Part shown: positions 13,330-25,246 of the stretch, in pieces
Layout of the letters: the number at the start of each line of letters is the position of its first letter
How positions within the stretch are numbered: position 1 is the stretch's first letter
Source of the DNA: Anthoceros angustus
Lineage: Eukaryota; Plantae; Anthocerotophyta
Direction: 5' to 3'
Assembly (NCBI GenBank): GCA_010909165.1
Contig: VJWM01000068.1
Span: 248,001-312,000, forward strand
DNA length: 64,000 bases
The notes under the pieces: model-generated
The model's database searches: none
The model's input: only the letters and a program-made list of their open reading frames with translations
Told to the model about the DNA's origin: nothing
Program-made: the position numbers and the translations under genes

Positions 13330-13404
13330 CGCATGACGTTCACCCGATTTTGGCAAGCCCCGACCAGACCATGCTCTGAGGGGCTTCGTCTGAGGCAGGC
13401 TCTA
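13330..13404 (+). repeat. 75-bp dispersed hairpin-containing element (also 16103-16176 and 17747-17820; inverted at 32014-32088 and 32858-32932)
   Basis: CGCATGACGTTCACCCGATTTTGGCAAGCCCCGACCAGACCATGCTCTGAGGGGCTTCGTCTGAGGCAGGCTCTA is 74/75 identical to the reverse complement of 32014-32088, in unrelated flanks. Confidence 0.9.
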
Positions 13405-13590
13405 TGACAGGAGCAGAAGGCAGGCCGCGTGAGCCCTTTTGAGACTTTGAGGAGAAAGGGAACTTGCGCCCGTCTCCTGCACTTCGCCAGCCATGCACAC
13501 AAGTTGGTTGTCTGCGCACTGGGTGCAGCAAATTTTTGTTCTGGTGTGCCTCTTCATTCGACGGCAGTAGTATAAGCTGGTTCGTGGCAG

Positions 13591-14840
13591 GAGCTAACAA
13601 AACTGCACTTGAGGTTCCTACTTGCTCCTTTTGTATCAATGCTCTGGGTGCCAATGTGCATCCCAACTTCACACAGCTCAACGTCTCCATATACAGGTGC
13701 CTCAAGTTTGATGAAAACGAGCTATGGGGATATGTCAACACAACTCTGCGGCTGCAAGACAGGACCGGCCAGATTCCGTGCCTAGAGGCGTCCTCGAGGC
13801 AGCCAGAGGCATACAATATCTCGACAATCTCCGCATAGCTGCATGTGACGAATCCCTCAACAGCAATGGTTCTTCGATTCCGAGAGCACGATTCGCAGCG
13901 GGCTGAAAACTTCGGATGGAGAGAACCTGTTCATGGTGCAAGAGCTCCAGCCCGTGGCTCAGAACCTCTCTATACAATATCGGCAGCTCAGACGGCTTCG
14001 ATGCTTCTGCTGACTTCCTGTCCTCTTAGTTCACTCTTCTTCCTGTGCCTAACTACATGTCTTTCCTGTCGTTGAGGGATCCGGAAGCTTCCAGTCGAAC
14101 TTGGTTCAAAATGGTGGGTTTGAGAAAAGCACACTTCTCCCGGCGAACCCAGACTTTTATGACGGGAGATCTTTCCTCTGTGTGAATGGGCCATTCTACA
14201 CGCTCCGAAGCTGGTTCCAAGAGAAAGCCGGGTACCAGCAGATGGAAATTTCAGCCTCCTCATGAGCAAGAGTGCCTCCATCAACCAGACCATTCCTGCT
14301 ATACAAGGCTCGGAGTATCTTCTCACATTCTGTGTCTGGTTACATCGGCCATGATGCTGATACCGAGCACTTCCAGCCCTGCACCAATGAATCGACTAAT
14401 CCAGCGTATGTCACTGCAAATGCACAAACATTCGGGTCAGTAAAACATTCCAAGCATCTGGAGACAGGAAATGGACGACCGAAAAGCTGCCATTCATAGC
14501 CGTCGGCAACTCTACAATGATTGTTTTCGGAGTCTCATACGGGAATGACAACTGTGGACCACTCATAGATGCTGTCACAGTTTCCCTCAAACCAGCATTA
14601 CCATCTTGGTTTACCAGGACGAGAATCCTCGCACGATGTATAGCAGGGCTAGCTACATTGCTACTGCTGATGGCAGTCCCTGCTCTTGTTCTCAAGGGCA
14701 AAAGCTACTACACAACCTACGCACTTGCCAAACGATATGAGCTCGACCAAGAGCGACGTGTACAGCTACGCCGTGGTGGTTCTGGAGATCATCACCGGGC
14801 AGCAAGCCATCATCAACAGCGACCTGCTGGCCCGAGCGTG
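13591..14840 (+). pseudogene. RLK copy 2: ectodomain + TM, most of kinase deleted
   Basis: Matches copy 4 up to 14751, then jumps 672 bp at ACCAAG into kinase subdomain IX (SDVYSYAVVVLE). Confidence 0.8.
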
Positions 14841-16362
14841 AGCTCGCCTTCATCAGGCATTCTCGAAGGACGCTGAGGATTTCTGAGCAACGTGTCATCT
14901 TGTTGAAGGCACAGACGCGCAAATGAAAGCTTTACGAGCACATTATTCTCTGTTTGTATGTATGTAGGTACTGTGCATATGCAGGCAGTAACGCAAGAAT
15001 AGCTGCCTTTGTGAAAGCGCGGTCCGCCAAGTACGGTACAAGAGCGTTGGCCGCGGGCGTTTTGCCTTCGGTTCTGTTACGATGATGAGTCCGTTTAAAA
15101 TCAAGAGCGATTCTTGGGCAAGATCGGCGCTTCCTGGAAGCCTAATATTCTCCAGGCTGCGCCGGTTGTGAAGAATTTCGGCGCGCAATTGTTGTGGTTT
15201 CGTGTTCCGGGATTAGGCTTTATGGCCAGTGGTAAGGAGCATGGGTGGAAGATCACGCGTTTGGAGCCGCAGCTCCAGGTTAGATCCTTTCCGTTGTCTT
15301 GATGCCTGGTTGCGTGAGTTCTCGGCAGGAGGCTGCGGATGGGGTTTCAGGAGGTTCAATTGCGTGGCAACTGCGTGGCTAAGGTTTTGTTGTGCGTGCA
15401 GGTCTGACGTGATGTCAAGGATCAGGAAGCTGGCGCGGTTTCGGCGTAGGATTCAATGGCATCATCGTCTGTCGGATCGCAGGATGGTCGGTTGAGATCT
15501 GCCAGGTTTTGGCCTGCAATCCTGAGTTCCTTAGCAGATCGGAGGTGGTGAATCTGCTGTGTTGTGTTCCATGGCGTCTCCTGTGGAGGCCATGACAGCT
15601 GTTGTCTCATCTCTGCAGTGGGGCTTTCTTCACGATGACTGACTAGGTAAGCGTATCGGTGACCTATTTTTTCCTGGCATGCTTGATAGAATGTAGCTGT
15701 TGTGAAGTTCCAACAGATGAGCAACTGTGGTGGTGGTGCGTATGAGCATAGCACTGTCCTCGAGCTCACGATCTAAGCTGGTTCCATCGACAGTTCCATC
15801 GCTACCAAGCTAGCAAAGTGCATATTGTCGTTCAACAATCGAGGCTTCCAGCAACCTTTAGGGTCTGCCATGGTAATCGATAGAAGCGAGCCGCCCTGAC
15901 ATATGGTAGTTGGTCCCTCCACTTTACAAGGGCAGTGACGCTCCGTTTCAATCCCAGGGTCTCCACTTTTCAATCTACTTCAACTGATTCTCTAGTGTAC
16001 TACCACATACGAGAACTGCACGTAAGGTTGGCAAGCGCATCACGTCGATGTCAGTGGCGTGCGGACTTTTCTAGCCTAGTCAGTTATCAGCTTGACTACA
16101 AACGCATGACGTTCACCCGATTTTGGCAAGCCCGACCAGACCATGCTCTGAGGGGCTTCGTCTGAGGCAGGCTCTATGACAGGAGCAGAAGGCAGGCCGC
16201 GTGAGCCCTTTTGAGACTTTGAGGAGAAAGGGAACTTGCGCCCGTCTCCTGCACTTCGCCAGCCATGCACACAAGTTGGTTGTCTGCGCACTGGGTGCAG
16301 CAAATTTTTGTTCTGGTGTGCCTCTTCATTCGACGGCAGTAGTATAAGCTGGTTCGTGGCAG

Positions 16363-17185
16363 GAGCTAACAAAACTGCACTTGAGGTTCCTACTTGCTCC
16401 TTTTGTATCAATGCTCTGGGTGCCAATGTGCATCCCAACTTCACACAGCTCAACGTCTCCATATACAGGTGCCTCAAGTTTGATGAAAACGAGCTATGGG
16501 GATATGTCAACACAACTCTGCGGCTGCAAGACAGGACCGGCCAGATTCCGTGCCTAGAGGCGTCCTCGAGGCAGCCAGAGGCATACAATATCTCGACAAT
16601 CTCCGCATAGCTGCATGTGACGAATCCCTCAACAGCAATGGTTCTTCGATTCCGAGAGCACGATTCGCAGCGGGCTGAAAACTTCGGATGGAGAGAACCT
16701 GTTCATGGTGCAAGAGCTCCAGCCCGTGGCTCAGAACCTCTCCTATACAATATCGGCAGCTCAGACGGCTTCGATGCTTCTGCTGACTTCCTGTCCTCTT
16801 AGTTCACTCTTCTTCCTGTGCCTAACTACATGTCTTTCCTGTCGTTGAGGATCCGGAAGCTTCCGGTCGAACTTGGTTCAAAATGGTGGGTTTGAGAAAA
16901 GCACACTTCTCCCAGCGAACCCAGACTTTTATGACGGGAGATCTTTCCTCTGTGTGAATGGGCCATTCTACACGCTCCGAAGCTGGTTCCAAGAGAAAGC
17001 CGGGTACCAGCAGATGGAAATTTCAGCCTCCTCATGAGCAAGAGTGCCTCCATCAACCAGACCATTCCTGCTATACAAGGCTCAGGTATCTTCTCACATT
17101 CTGTGTCTGGTTACATCGGCCATGATGCTGATACCGAGCACTTCCAGCCCTGCACCAATGAATCGACTAATCCAGCGTATGTCAC
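16363..17185 (+). pseudogene. RLK copy 3: ectodomain fragment only
   Basis: Matches copy 4 up to GTATGTCAC (17177-17185), then jumps to downstream flank sequence. Confidence 0.75.
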
Positions 17186-18006
17186 ATCTGTTGCTGCAGT
17201 TTTTCATGGCGGGATTTCATGTCCTTCGAACACAAATGACAGACCTCGCAATGGCTACCTCGATTGAGTTGCTTCGAGGGCTTTCATGGCCAGAAGAATT
17301 TCCTCGTCAGCCATAACTCTGGCCTTATGGGGATACAGTGTACATACATTCCAGGCAGACAAAACTCTCACGAGTTTCACTACTTTTCTGTGAGAGCTGT
17401 GTCGCCGTTATCCCTGTCATGGGTTACGGTTGTTACGGTTGAACAAAACTTCAATGACTGCTTACTGAATAGTATATCTTTGCATCTACGGAAACTTTGA
17501 CATGAAATCTGCCATGGTAATCGATAGAAGCGAGCCGCCCTGACATATGGTAGTTGGTCCCTCCACTTTACAAGGGCAGTGACGCTCCGTTTCAATCCCA
17601 GGGTCTCCACTTTTCAATCTACTTCAACTGATTCTCTAGTGTACTACCACATACGAGAACTGCACGTAAGGTTGGCAAGCGCATCACGTCGATGTCAGTG
17701 GCGTGCGGACTTTTCTAGCCTAGTCAGTTATCAGCTTGACTACAAACGCATGACGTTCACCCGATTTTGGCAAGCCCGACCAGACCATGCTCTGAGGGGC
17801 TTCGTCTGAGGCAGGCTCTATGACAGGAGCAGAAGGCAGGCCGCGTGAGCCCTTTTGAGACTTTGAGGAGAAAGGGAACTTGCGCCCGTCTCCTGCACTT
17901 CGCCAGCCATGCACACAAGTTGGTTGTCTGCGCACTGGGTGCAGCAAATTTTTGTTCTGGTGTGCCTCTTCATTCGACGGCAGTAGTATAAGCTGGTTCG
18001 TGGCAG

Positions 18007-19929
18007 GAGCTAACAAAACTGCACTTGAGGTTCCTACTTGCTCCTTTTGTATCAATGCTCTGGGTGCCAATGTGCATCCCAACTTCACACAGCTCAACGT
18101 CTCCATATACAGGTGCCTCAAGTTTGATGAAAACGAGCTATGGGGATATGTCAACACAACTCTGCGGCTGCAAGACAGGACCGGCCAGATTCCGTGCCTA
18201 GAGGCGTCCTCGAGGCAGCCAGAGGCATACAATATCTCGACAATCTCCGCATAGCTGCATGTGACGAATCCCTCAACAGCAATGGTTCTTCGATTCCGAG
18301 AGCACGATTCGCAGCGGGCTGAAAACTTCGGATGGAGAGAACCTGTTCATGGTGCAAGAGCTCCAGCCCGTGGCTCAGAACCTCTCCTATACAATATCGG
18401 CAGCTCAGACGGCTTCGATGCTTCTGCTGACTTCCTGTCCTCTTAGTTCACTCTTCTTCCTGTGCCTAACTACATGTCTTTCCTGTCGTTGAGGATCCGG
18501 AAGCTTCCGGTCGAACTTGGTTCAAAATGGTGGGTTTGAGAAAAGCACACTTCTCCCAGCGAACCCAGACTTTTATGACGGGAGATCTTTCCTCTGTGTG
18601 AATGGGCCATTCTACACGCTCCGAAGCTGGTTCCAAGAGAAAGCCGGGTACCAGCAGATGGAAATTTCAGCCTCCTCATGAGCAAGAGTGCCTCCATCAA
18701 CCAGACCATTCCTGCTATACAAGGCTCGGAGTATCTTCTCACATTCTGTGTCTGGTTACATCGGCCATGATGCTGATACCGAGCACTTCCAGCCCTGCAC
18801 CAATGAATCGACTAATCCAGCGTATGTCACTGCAAATGCACAAACATTCGGGTCAGTAAAACATTCCAAGCATCTGGAGACAGGAAATGGACGACCGAAA
18901 AGCTGCCATTCATAGCCGTCGGCAACTCTACAATGATTGTTTTCGGAGTCTCATACGGGAATGACAACTGTGGACCACTCATAGATGCTGTCACAGTTTC
19001 CCTCAAACCAGCATTACCATCTTGGTTTACCAGGACGAGAATCCTCGCACGATGTATAGCAGGGCTAGCTACATTGCTACTGCTGATGGCAGTCCCTGCT
19101 CTTGTTCTCAAGGGCAAAAGCTACTACACAACCTACGCACTTGCCAAACGATATGAGCTCGACCAAGGAAAGATGTACACCTGGAGGGAGATCAAGAGGA
19201 GCACCAAGAATTTCACCACAGTGATAGGGGGAGGGGGCTTCGGCATGGTCTACAAAGCAGAATTCGCAGATGGAACAGAGGGAGCAGCCAAGGTGGAGAA
19301 ACGACAGAAGAGGCGAACGAGTCAGTTTTCCAGAGAAGTGGCTGTCCTGCAGCAACTTCATCACCGGAACCTTGTGAACCTACTTGGCGTGTAGTTGAAA
19401 AAGGGTAGGATACTCGGCCCTCACCCTTGCAATCTCCATTCACCACCGCAGCTCTAATCACGAGGCTTCACCTGCAGGAATGCACATCCTGGTGTTCCAA
19501 TACATACCGAATGGCAGACTTCATCCTAGCGACAGTCCAAGTTCCGAAGCCAGAAACAAGCCCATCCTGCCATGGAGCTCCAGAATGAAGATATGCTACC
19601 ACGTGGCCTGCGCTCTGGAGTACCTGCACCACGACATAACCCCTCCCATCGTGCACAGGGATGTGCAATCTGCCAACATCCTCCTCACAGCCACAGACTC
19701 CGCCAAGCTAGCAGACTTCGGCCTCTCCAAAGCGGCTCCAGCAAATGCCAGCGCCTTCCAGTCCATCCAGACCGACGTCAAGGGCTCCTTAGGTTACCTG
19801 GACCCCAAGTACGTCCGCTCCGGCATCTTCTCCACCAAGAGCGACGTGTACAGCTACGCCGTGGTGGTTCTGGAGATCATCACCGGGCAGCAAGCCATCA
19901 TCAACAGCGACCTGCTGGCCCGAGCGTGA
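18007..19929 (+). pseudogene. Receptor-like kinase: R-type (ricin B) lectin-like + DUF642-like ectodomain, TM, RD Ser/Thr kinase; most complete copy, disrupted
   Basis: Exon starts after a ...GGCAG acceptor at 18006. Contains C..W/QxW lectin-like repeats, NLVQNGGFE and CGPLIDAV, TM CIAGLATLLLLMAVPALVL, then YTWREIKRSTKNFTTVIGGGGFGMVY, HHRNLVNLLG, an intron at 19405-19477, HRDVQSANILL, DFGLS, GSLGYLDPKY and KSDVYSY. Defects: TAG at 19392-19394 where Cys is usual, ectodomain frameshifts, stop before subdomains X-XI. 5' exon not identified. Confidence 0.8.
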
Positions 19930-21424
19930 GCTCGCCTTCATCAGGCATTCTCGAAGGACGCTGAGGATTTCTGAGCAACGTGTCATCTTGTTGAAGGCAC
20001 AGACGCGCAAATGAAAGCTTTTACGAGCACATTATTCTCTGTTTGTATGTATGTAGGTACTGTGCATATGCAGGCAGTAACGCAAGAATAGCTGCCTTTG
20101 TGAAAGCGCGGTCCGCCAAGTACGGTACAAGAGCGTTGGCCGCGGGCGTTTTGCCTTCGGTTCTGTTACGATGATGAGTCCGTTTAAAATCAAGAGCGAT
20201 TCTTGGGCAAGATCGGCGCTTCCTGGAAGCCTAATATTCTCCAGGCTGCGCCGGTTGTGAAGAATTTCGGCGCGCAATTGTTGTGGTTTCGTGTTCCGGG
20301 ATTAGGCTTTATGGCCAGTGGTAAGGAGCATGGGTGGAAGATCACGCTGTGTTTGGAGCCGCAGCTCCGTTTCCAGGTTAGATCCTTTCCCGTTGTCTTG
20401 ATGCCTGGTTGCGTGAGTTCTCGGCAGGAGGCTGCGGATGGGGTTTCGGGAGGTTCAATTGGTGGCAACTGCGTGGCTAAGGTTTTGTTGTGCGTGCAGG
20501 TCTGACGTGTGATGTCAAGGATCGGGAAGCTGGCGCGGTTTCGGCATGGGATTCAATGGCATCATCGTCTGTCGGATCGCAGGATGGTCGGTTGAGATCT
20601 GCCAGGTTTTGGCCTGCAATCCTGAGTTCCTTAGCAGATCGGAGGTGGTGAATCTGCTGTGTTGTGTTCCATGGCGTCTCCTGTGGAGGGCCATGACAGC
20701 TGTTGTCTCATCTCTGCAGTGGGGCTTTCTTCACGATGACTGACTAGGTAAGCGTATCGGTGACCTATTTTTTCCTGGCAAGCATGCTTGGATAGAATGT
20801 AGGCCGTTGTGAAGTTCCAACAGATGACTGGCTCTCAAGTGTGTGCTACGTTGGAATGTGCTTGAGGAATGTTTTTGATGTATGTCACATCTGTTGCTGC
20901 AGTTTTTCATGGCGGGATTTCATGTCCTTCGAACACAAATGACAGACCTCGCAATGGCTACCTCGATTGAGTTGCTTCGAGGGCTTTCATGGCCAGAAGA
21001 ATTTCCTCGTCAGCCCATAACTCTGGCCTTATGTGTGGGGATACAGTGTACATACATTCCAAGGCAGACAAAAACTCTCACGAGTTTCACTACTTTTCTG
21101 TGAGAGCTGTGTCGCCGTTATCCCTGTCATGGGTTACGGTTGTTACGGTTGAACAAACTTCAATGACTGCTTACTGAATAGTATATCTTTGCATCTACGG
21201 AAACTTTGACATGAAATCTGCCATGTCTGCGTTTTGTATATATTTACTGCATGCGATTTCCAAAGCTGCATCTCTCAACTTCGAAATCCGGTCCTATGGT
21301 GACTCTCCACCTCTGACACGAGGGTGTCCTATGACCAGCAGACGAGATCTGAGATTCCCTCAACCCTAGGTGAGAATTTCGAGACATCTGAACTGCTGTT
21401 GCAACCCATGCTAGGACAAGGCCC

Positions 21425-21780
21425 TTGTCCCCAATCGCAACCGCCGTGGAGAAAACGTTGGAGGCCAAGGTGGATGCCAGGAGACAGAAGACTATGCCAG
21501 GAGACTATGGCGCTTACAAGGCTGCACAGCCAAGGACCCTGTTGCGTTGGCGTGTGGAGTGCACACATAGAAGAGATGCTGTTGAACCAGAAATGGCTAA
21601 AGATGCCCTGATCAGCAGTGGAGTCCTGGCTTACGGTTAAACCGGATCTCTATAATGGGCGATCCGAAGAGCAGTTTGGAACATGGAAGGAAAACTCCAT
21701 ACATGAGACTGGCCAGAGAGATTTGCATGGAACTTAGCGGATTCCCGTAGACACTCGATCTGTTCTAAACACAGCCTGAT
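21425..21780 (+). pseudogene. Internally deleted PR-10/Bet v1 paralogue
   Basis: LEAKVDARR...KAAQPRTLLRWRVECTHRRDAVEPEMAKDA matches the two ends of the 22914 protein, with the middle missing. Flanks 21110-21230 and 21930-22260 are homologous to 22510-22630 and 24170-24500. Confidence 0.75.
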
Positions 21781-22913
21781 TCACAAGGGCCGAACTTTTG
21801 AGTCAGTTCTTTCAAAAACTCCTGCATGATTCTAGAGTGATTCTGGATGAGACATCACAATACAGATATCACAACGAGAAGGTCAGCAACGACAGATGCA
21901 GAACATCTTGTTGCAACGCCCTGAGAAGTTATGTTTTCTTTGACGTCTGTGTTGGGACCCAGCAGGCTATTCAGTGAGAAACAGACAGAGCGCGCCCAAG
22001 GTTATGAAACGTTCTTGCCTTGTGGAGAGAGGCCTGAGAAGGACCCAATATGTCGAGCACCTCAGGTAGAGTGCCGCAATATCATTCAACTCAGCCAGTC
22101 GTCTTTTCCACGACAACACCTTCGTCGACGACCTCGACGGAGCATTACTGCATGACAAGCATAAAACCCTTGAGCCCTTCATACACCTCTGCGCCCGCCT
22201 AATCCATGCCAGAACAAATGCATACCTACAGGGCCTCCCATCTTGTCCTCCCTTCGATGACGTTGGGAAGTTTGTTTCGCAAGGCTTCCTTTATTTTGCA
22301 AGGCTCCCCAATCGGTGGGTTCTGCTAGAGGGCTTATTGTCTCAGCTGTTTCCATACCAGGGTTTGGTGAGGAAGGCTGTTCGAAGCTGGTAACCCTGCA
22401 TCTCGTCATAACCCACCCCTCATCCATCAAGCTAAACCTGCCCGCTCCATCTTCGGCTGCTGGAAATAACTGCGTCCTAAAAACCTTCCCTATTCTCTAG
22501 TGAGGACTGCGCGCCGTTATCCCGGTCATGGGCCATGGTTGTTACGGCTGAACAACCTTCCATGACTGCTTTCTGAGTAGAAGTTCTTTGCGTCTGCGGA
22601 AACTTGACATGAAATCTGCCATGTCTGCGTGTGCAGTTATCTCCTGTACGTGAATTACAAAGCGGCATCTGTCACCTTCCCAGGTGGAGAGGCAATATTA
22701 CACGAATTTGTCTTGTTGGAGACACTCTCGTGTCTCCAACGAACCGGCAGATGCGACAATTTCGACATATATACCTGAACTGCGAATTGCAACCCATGCC
22801 AACACAAGGCTCTTGTCCCCTCCCGCAACTGGATGCCCTAGTCGGCTTGCCGATGTGAAGAGCAAGCTCACATGCTGGCCTCAAACAGTTGAACACCGCT
22901 GGAGCTCAGCAAG

Positions 22914-23642
22914 ATGCTTTCCACCCTGGAGGCAAACTTCGAAGTCAAGGTGGAAGCCAGGAGACTATGGCGCTGTCAATTAGATGCTGGGCGAAGCTTG
23001 CCCATCGCTTCAGGCGGCCTGGTGGAGAGTGTGGAGTATGAATCGGGCAATGGGGATGCTGGGTCCATCAAGATTGTCAAGTATGGCGCAGGTGACGCTG
23101 TTGCATACAGTCAGGTCGCCGGGACTCCTGCTTTCGAAGCTTGCTGGTTTGCTGCTGAAAGTCTGAGGTTTGCTCCTGTACATGTGTATGTCCCTGCAGG
23201 GCTTCCCAATGTTACGTTCGCGAGGGAGCTCGTTGAGGTAGTGGACCACGAGAAGCTCATCCTTTCGTACTCGATTATTGGGGGAGAGCTGTTTGATCAA
23301 CTCTACAGCCTGTACAGAGGAACAATCTCCTTTACTCCCTTGCTGGAACCCGAAGGGATTCCTGAGTCACAGGAGGATAAGCCTGCAGAAAAGGCTGCAC
23401 AGCCGAGAACCTTGGTGAAATGGCATGTGGAGTACACGACTAGAAGAGATGCTGGTGGACCAGAATTTGCTAAAGCTGCCACGATCAGGCTCTTCAAAAC
23501 CATTGAGTCCTGGCTTACGGCCAATCCGGATCTCTATACTGAGCGACGGAAGGAAAACTCCATAGATGAGACTGGCCAGACAGATTTGCATGGAACTTGC
23601 CGGGTTCCTGCAGACACTCGAACTGTGCTGAAGACAGCCTGA
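22914..23642 (+). CDS. PR-10 / Bet v1-like (SRPBCC) protein; exons 22914-23091 and 23200-23642 (206 aa)
   Basis: P-loop-like ESGNGDAGSIKIVKY, then SYSIIGG, LVKWHVEY and a C-terminal LFKTIESWLTANPDLY helix. One phase-1 GT-AG intron (23092-23199) near the position typical of PR-10 genes. Confidence 0.88.
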   Translation: MLSTLEANFEVKVEARRLWRCQLDAGRSLPIASGGLVESVEYESGNGDAGSIKIVKYGAGDAVAYSQVAGTPAFEACWFAAESLRFAPVHVYVPAGLPNVTFARELVEVVDHEKLILSYSIIGGELFDQLYSLYRGTISFTPLLEPEGIPESQEDKPAEKAAQPRTLVKWHVEYTTRRDAGGPEFAKAATIRLFKTIESWLTANPDLYTERRKENSIDETGQTDLHGTCRVPADTRTVLKTA

Positions 23643-24321
23643 TGCACAGAACCCAGAACAATGACGCTGGGTGGAGCACTTTTAGAGGTAAATACTAGCT
23701 GGCAACTATGCACTCTCCATCCCTGTACTTGGACTGGCACGAGAGATTTGCATAGAACTTTCCCTGTAGACACTCGAACTGTGCGGAAGATAGCCTGAAT
23801 CACAAACCCAGAGCAATGATGTTTGGTGGTGTAGGACTTGGAGAGCTAAATACTAGCTGGGAACTGTGCACTTTCCATCCCTGTACTTGAACTTTCGTGG
23901 TTGGACAATTTGACCTGCTCACAAGTCACTTTTGACTAATTAAGGCAAAGACATTACAAGGGTTCATGTCACTACTGATGCTGCACTGCCTGTTGTTTGA
24001 TGGTTTTCAAAAAGGTACATGTTCCTTGCCTGCAAAAGAGCACACAAAGGCCAACTTTGAGTCAGTTCTTTGGAAAACTCCTAGTTGATACTACAGTAAA
24101 TCCAGAACGCAACACTGAAGCATAGCAATAGAGCAGGCGACACATCACTTATGATTTCACACAAAGGAGTCATGTTTTCTTTGACGTGTGTCCCAGCAGG
24201 CTCGTCAGTGAGAAACAGACGGAGCGCCCAAGGTTATGAAGCTTTCTTGCCTTGTGCAGAAGCCTGAGAAGGACCCCATAAGTCGAGCATCTTCAGGTAG
24301 AGCGCAGCAATGTCATCCAAC

Positions 24322-25246
24322 TCAGCCGGTCATCTTTTTCACGACAACACCTTCGCCGACCACCTCGACGGTGAAGGCTGAACTGGAGCATTTACTGCAT
24401 GACAAGCATATAAAACCCTTGAGCCTTTCGTAGATATCTCAACCCGCCTAGTCCATGCCAAAAAACATGCATACCTCTGGGGCCTCCCATTATGTCCTTC
24501 CTTTTGTTTCTTGGCCAACCGCCTCCTCTGCGTCCTCGACGTCACCGGCATCTCTAACCCTACAGCGTGACCAACAAATCAGTTCCTGCCATTTCAACCA
24601 ACCCGATCCAAGACTTCTTCGTAACAAAGAGAACCTGCGGGAGAAGCGTCTCGTGTATCCCGATCCTTATCGCACAGCGTCGGAGCCACAGGCACCGCAC
24701 TGCCATCAACAGGTTCACCTAACCCCGAGTACCCTGGGAGGCCTCCAGGTAACCTCGGACCTATGAACTTTCTACCAACTCCGTTCTGCGGGTCCGGCTG
24801 CTGCTGCTTCGTCTGCAACAACTTCCTCCGCTTCAGCCTCTTCCGCTGAGCTCGGCCCAAGCTCCGCTCGCCGGGCTTTTCACCTTCATCCTTGTCACCA
24901 CCTGCGACAACACGATGAGTCAAAACACGAACACACACATGCCATCAACAAGGCAAGCCACTGAAACATCCAAAATTGAAGAGTACCGTCTGTATCCGAA
25001 GCATCGGATCTGCACTCGGATTCTTCCCTCTCCCGGAAGCCATCTTCCTGCCAGACCACACAATTCGGTCACGCTTCTGCGCTCAAAATCAAAGCAGGCA
25101 GCAGAAAACTGGCCGTCCAGTTTGAGGCTGACCAGATCGGGTAGCTCGTACTGCTGGAAAGTCTCATCACCACGAGGAGGCTCCTGCGCTGCTGGATACA
25201 GCAGCCGAAGCACGGCGGCCTCGAACTTGAGGACTTTGCTGGACAT
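24322..25246 (-). CDS. Small spliced protein of unknown function, basic/NLS-like motifs (RAQRKRLKRRKL...FIGPRLP)
   Basis: Phase-consistent GT-AG exons 25246-25133, 25047-24987, 24901-24719 and 24559-~24476, plus a probable last exon ending in TGA at 24322. Last exon uncertain. Confidence 0.6.

Larger units (their letters stand above)
9750..21225 (+). repeat. Mosaic tandem array of near-identical segments of one receptor-kinase locus
   Basis: Near-identical segments: 9750-10745 = 11606-12585; 10745-11616 = 13780-14659; 15711-17185 = 12938-14414; 14746-15720 = 19834-20827; 17177-17516 = 20880-21225; 17508-19167 = 13091-14751. Confidence 0.92.
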
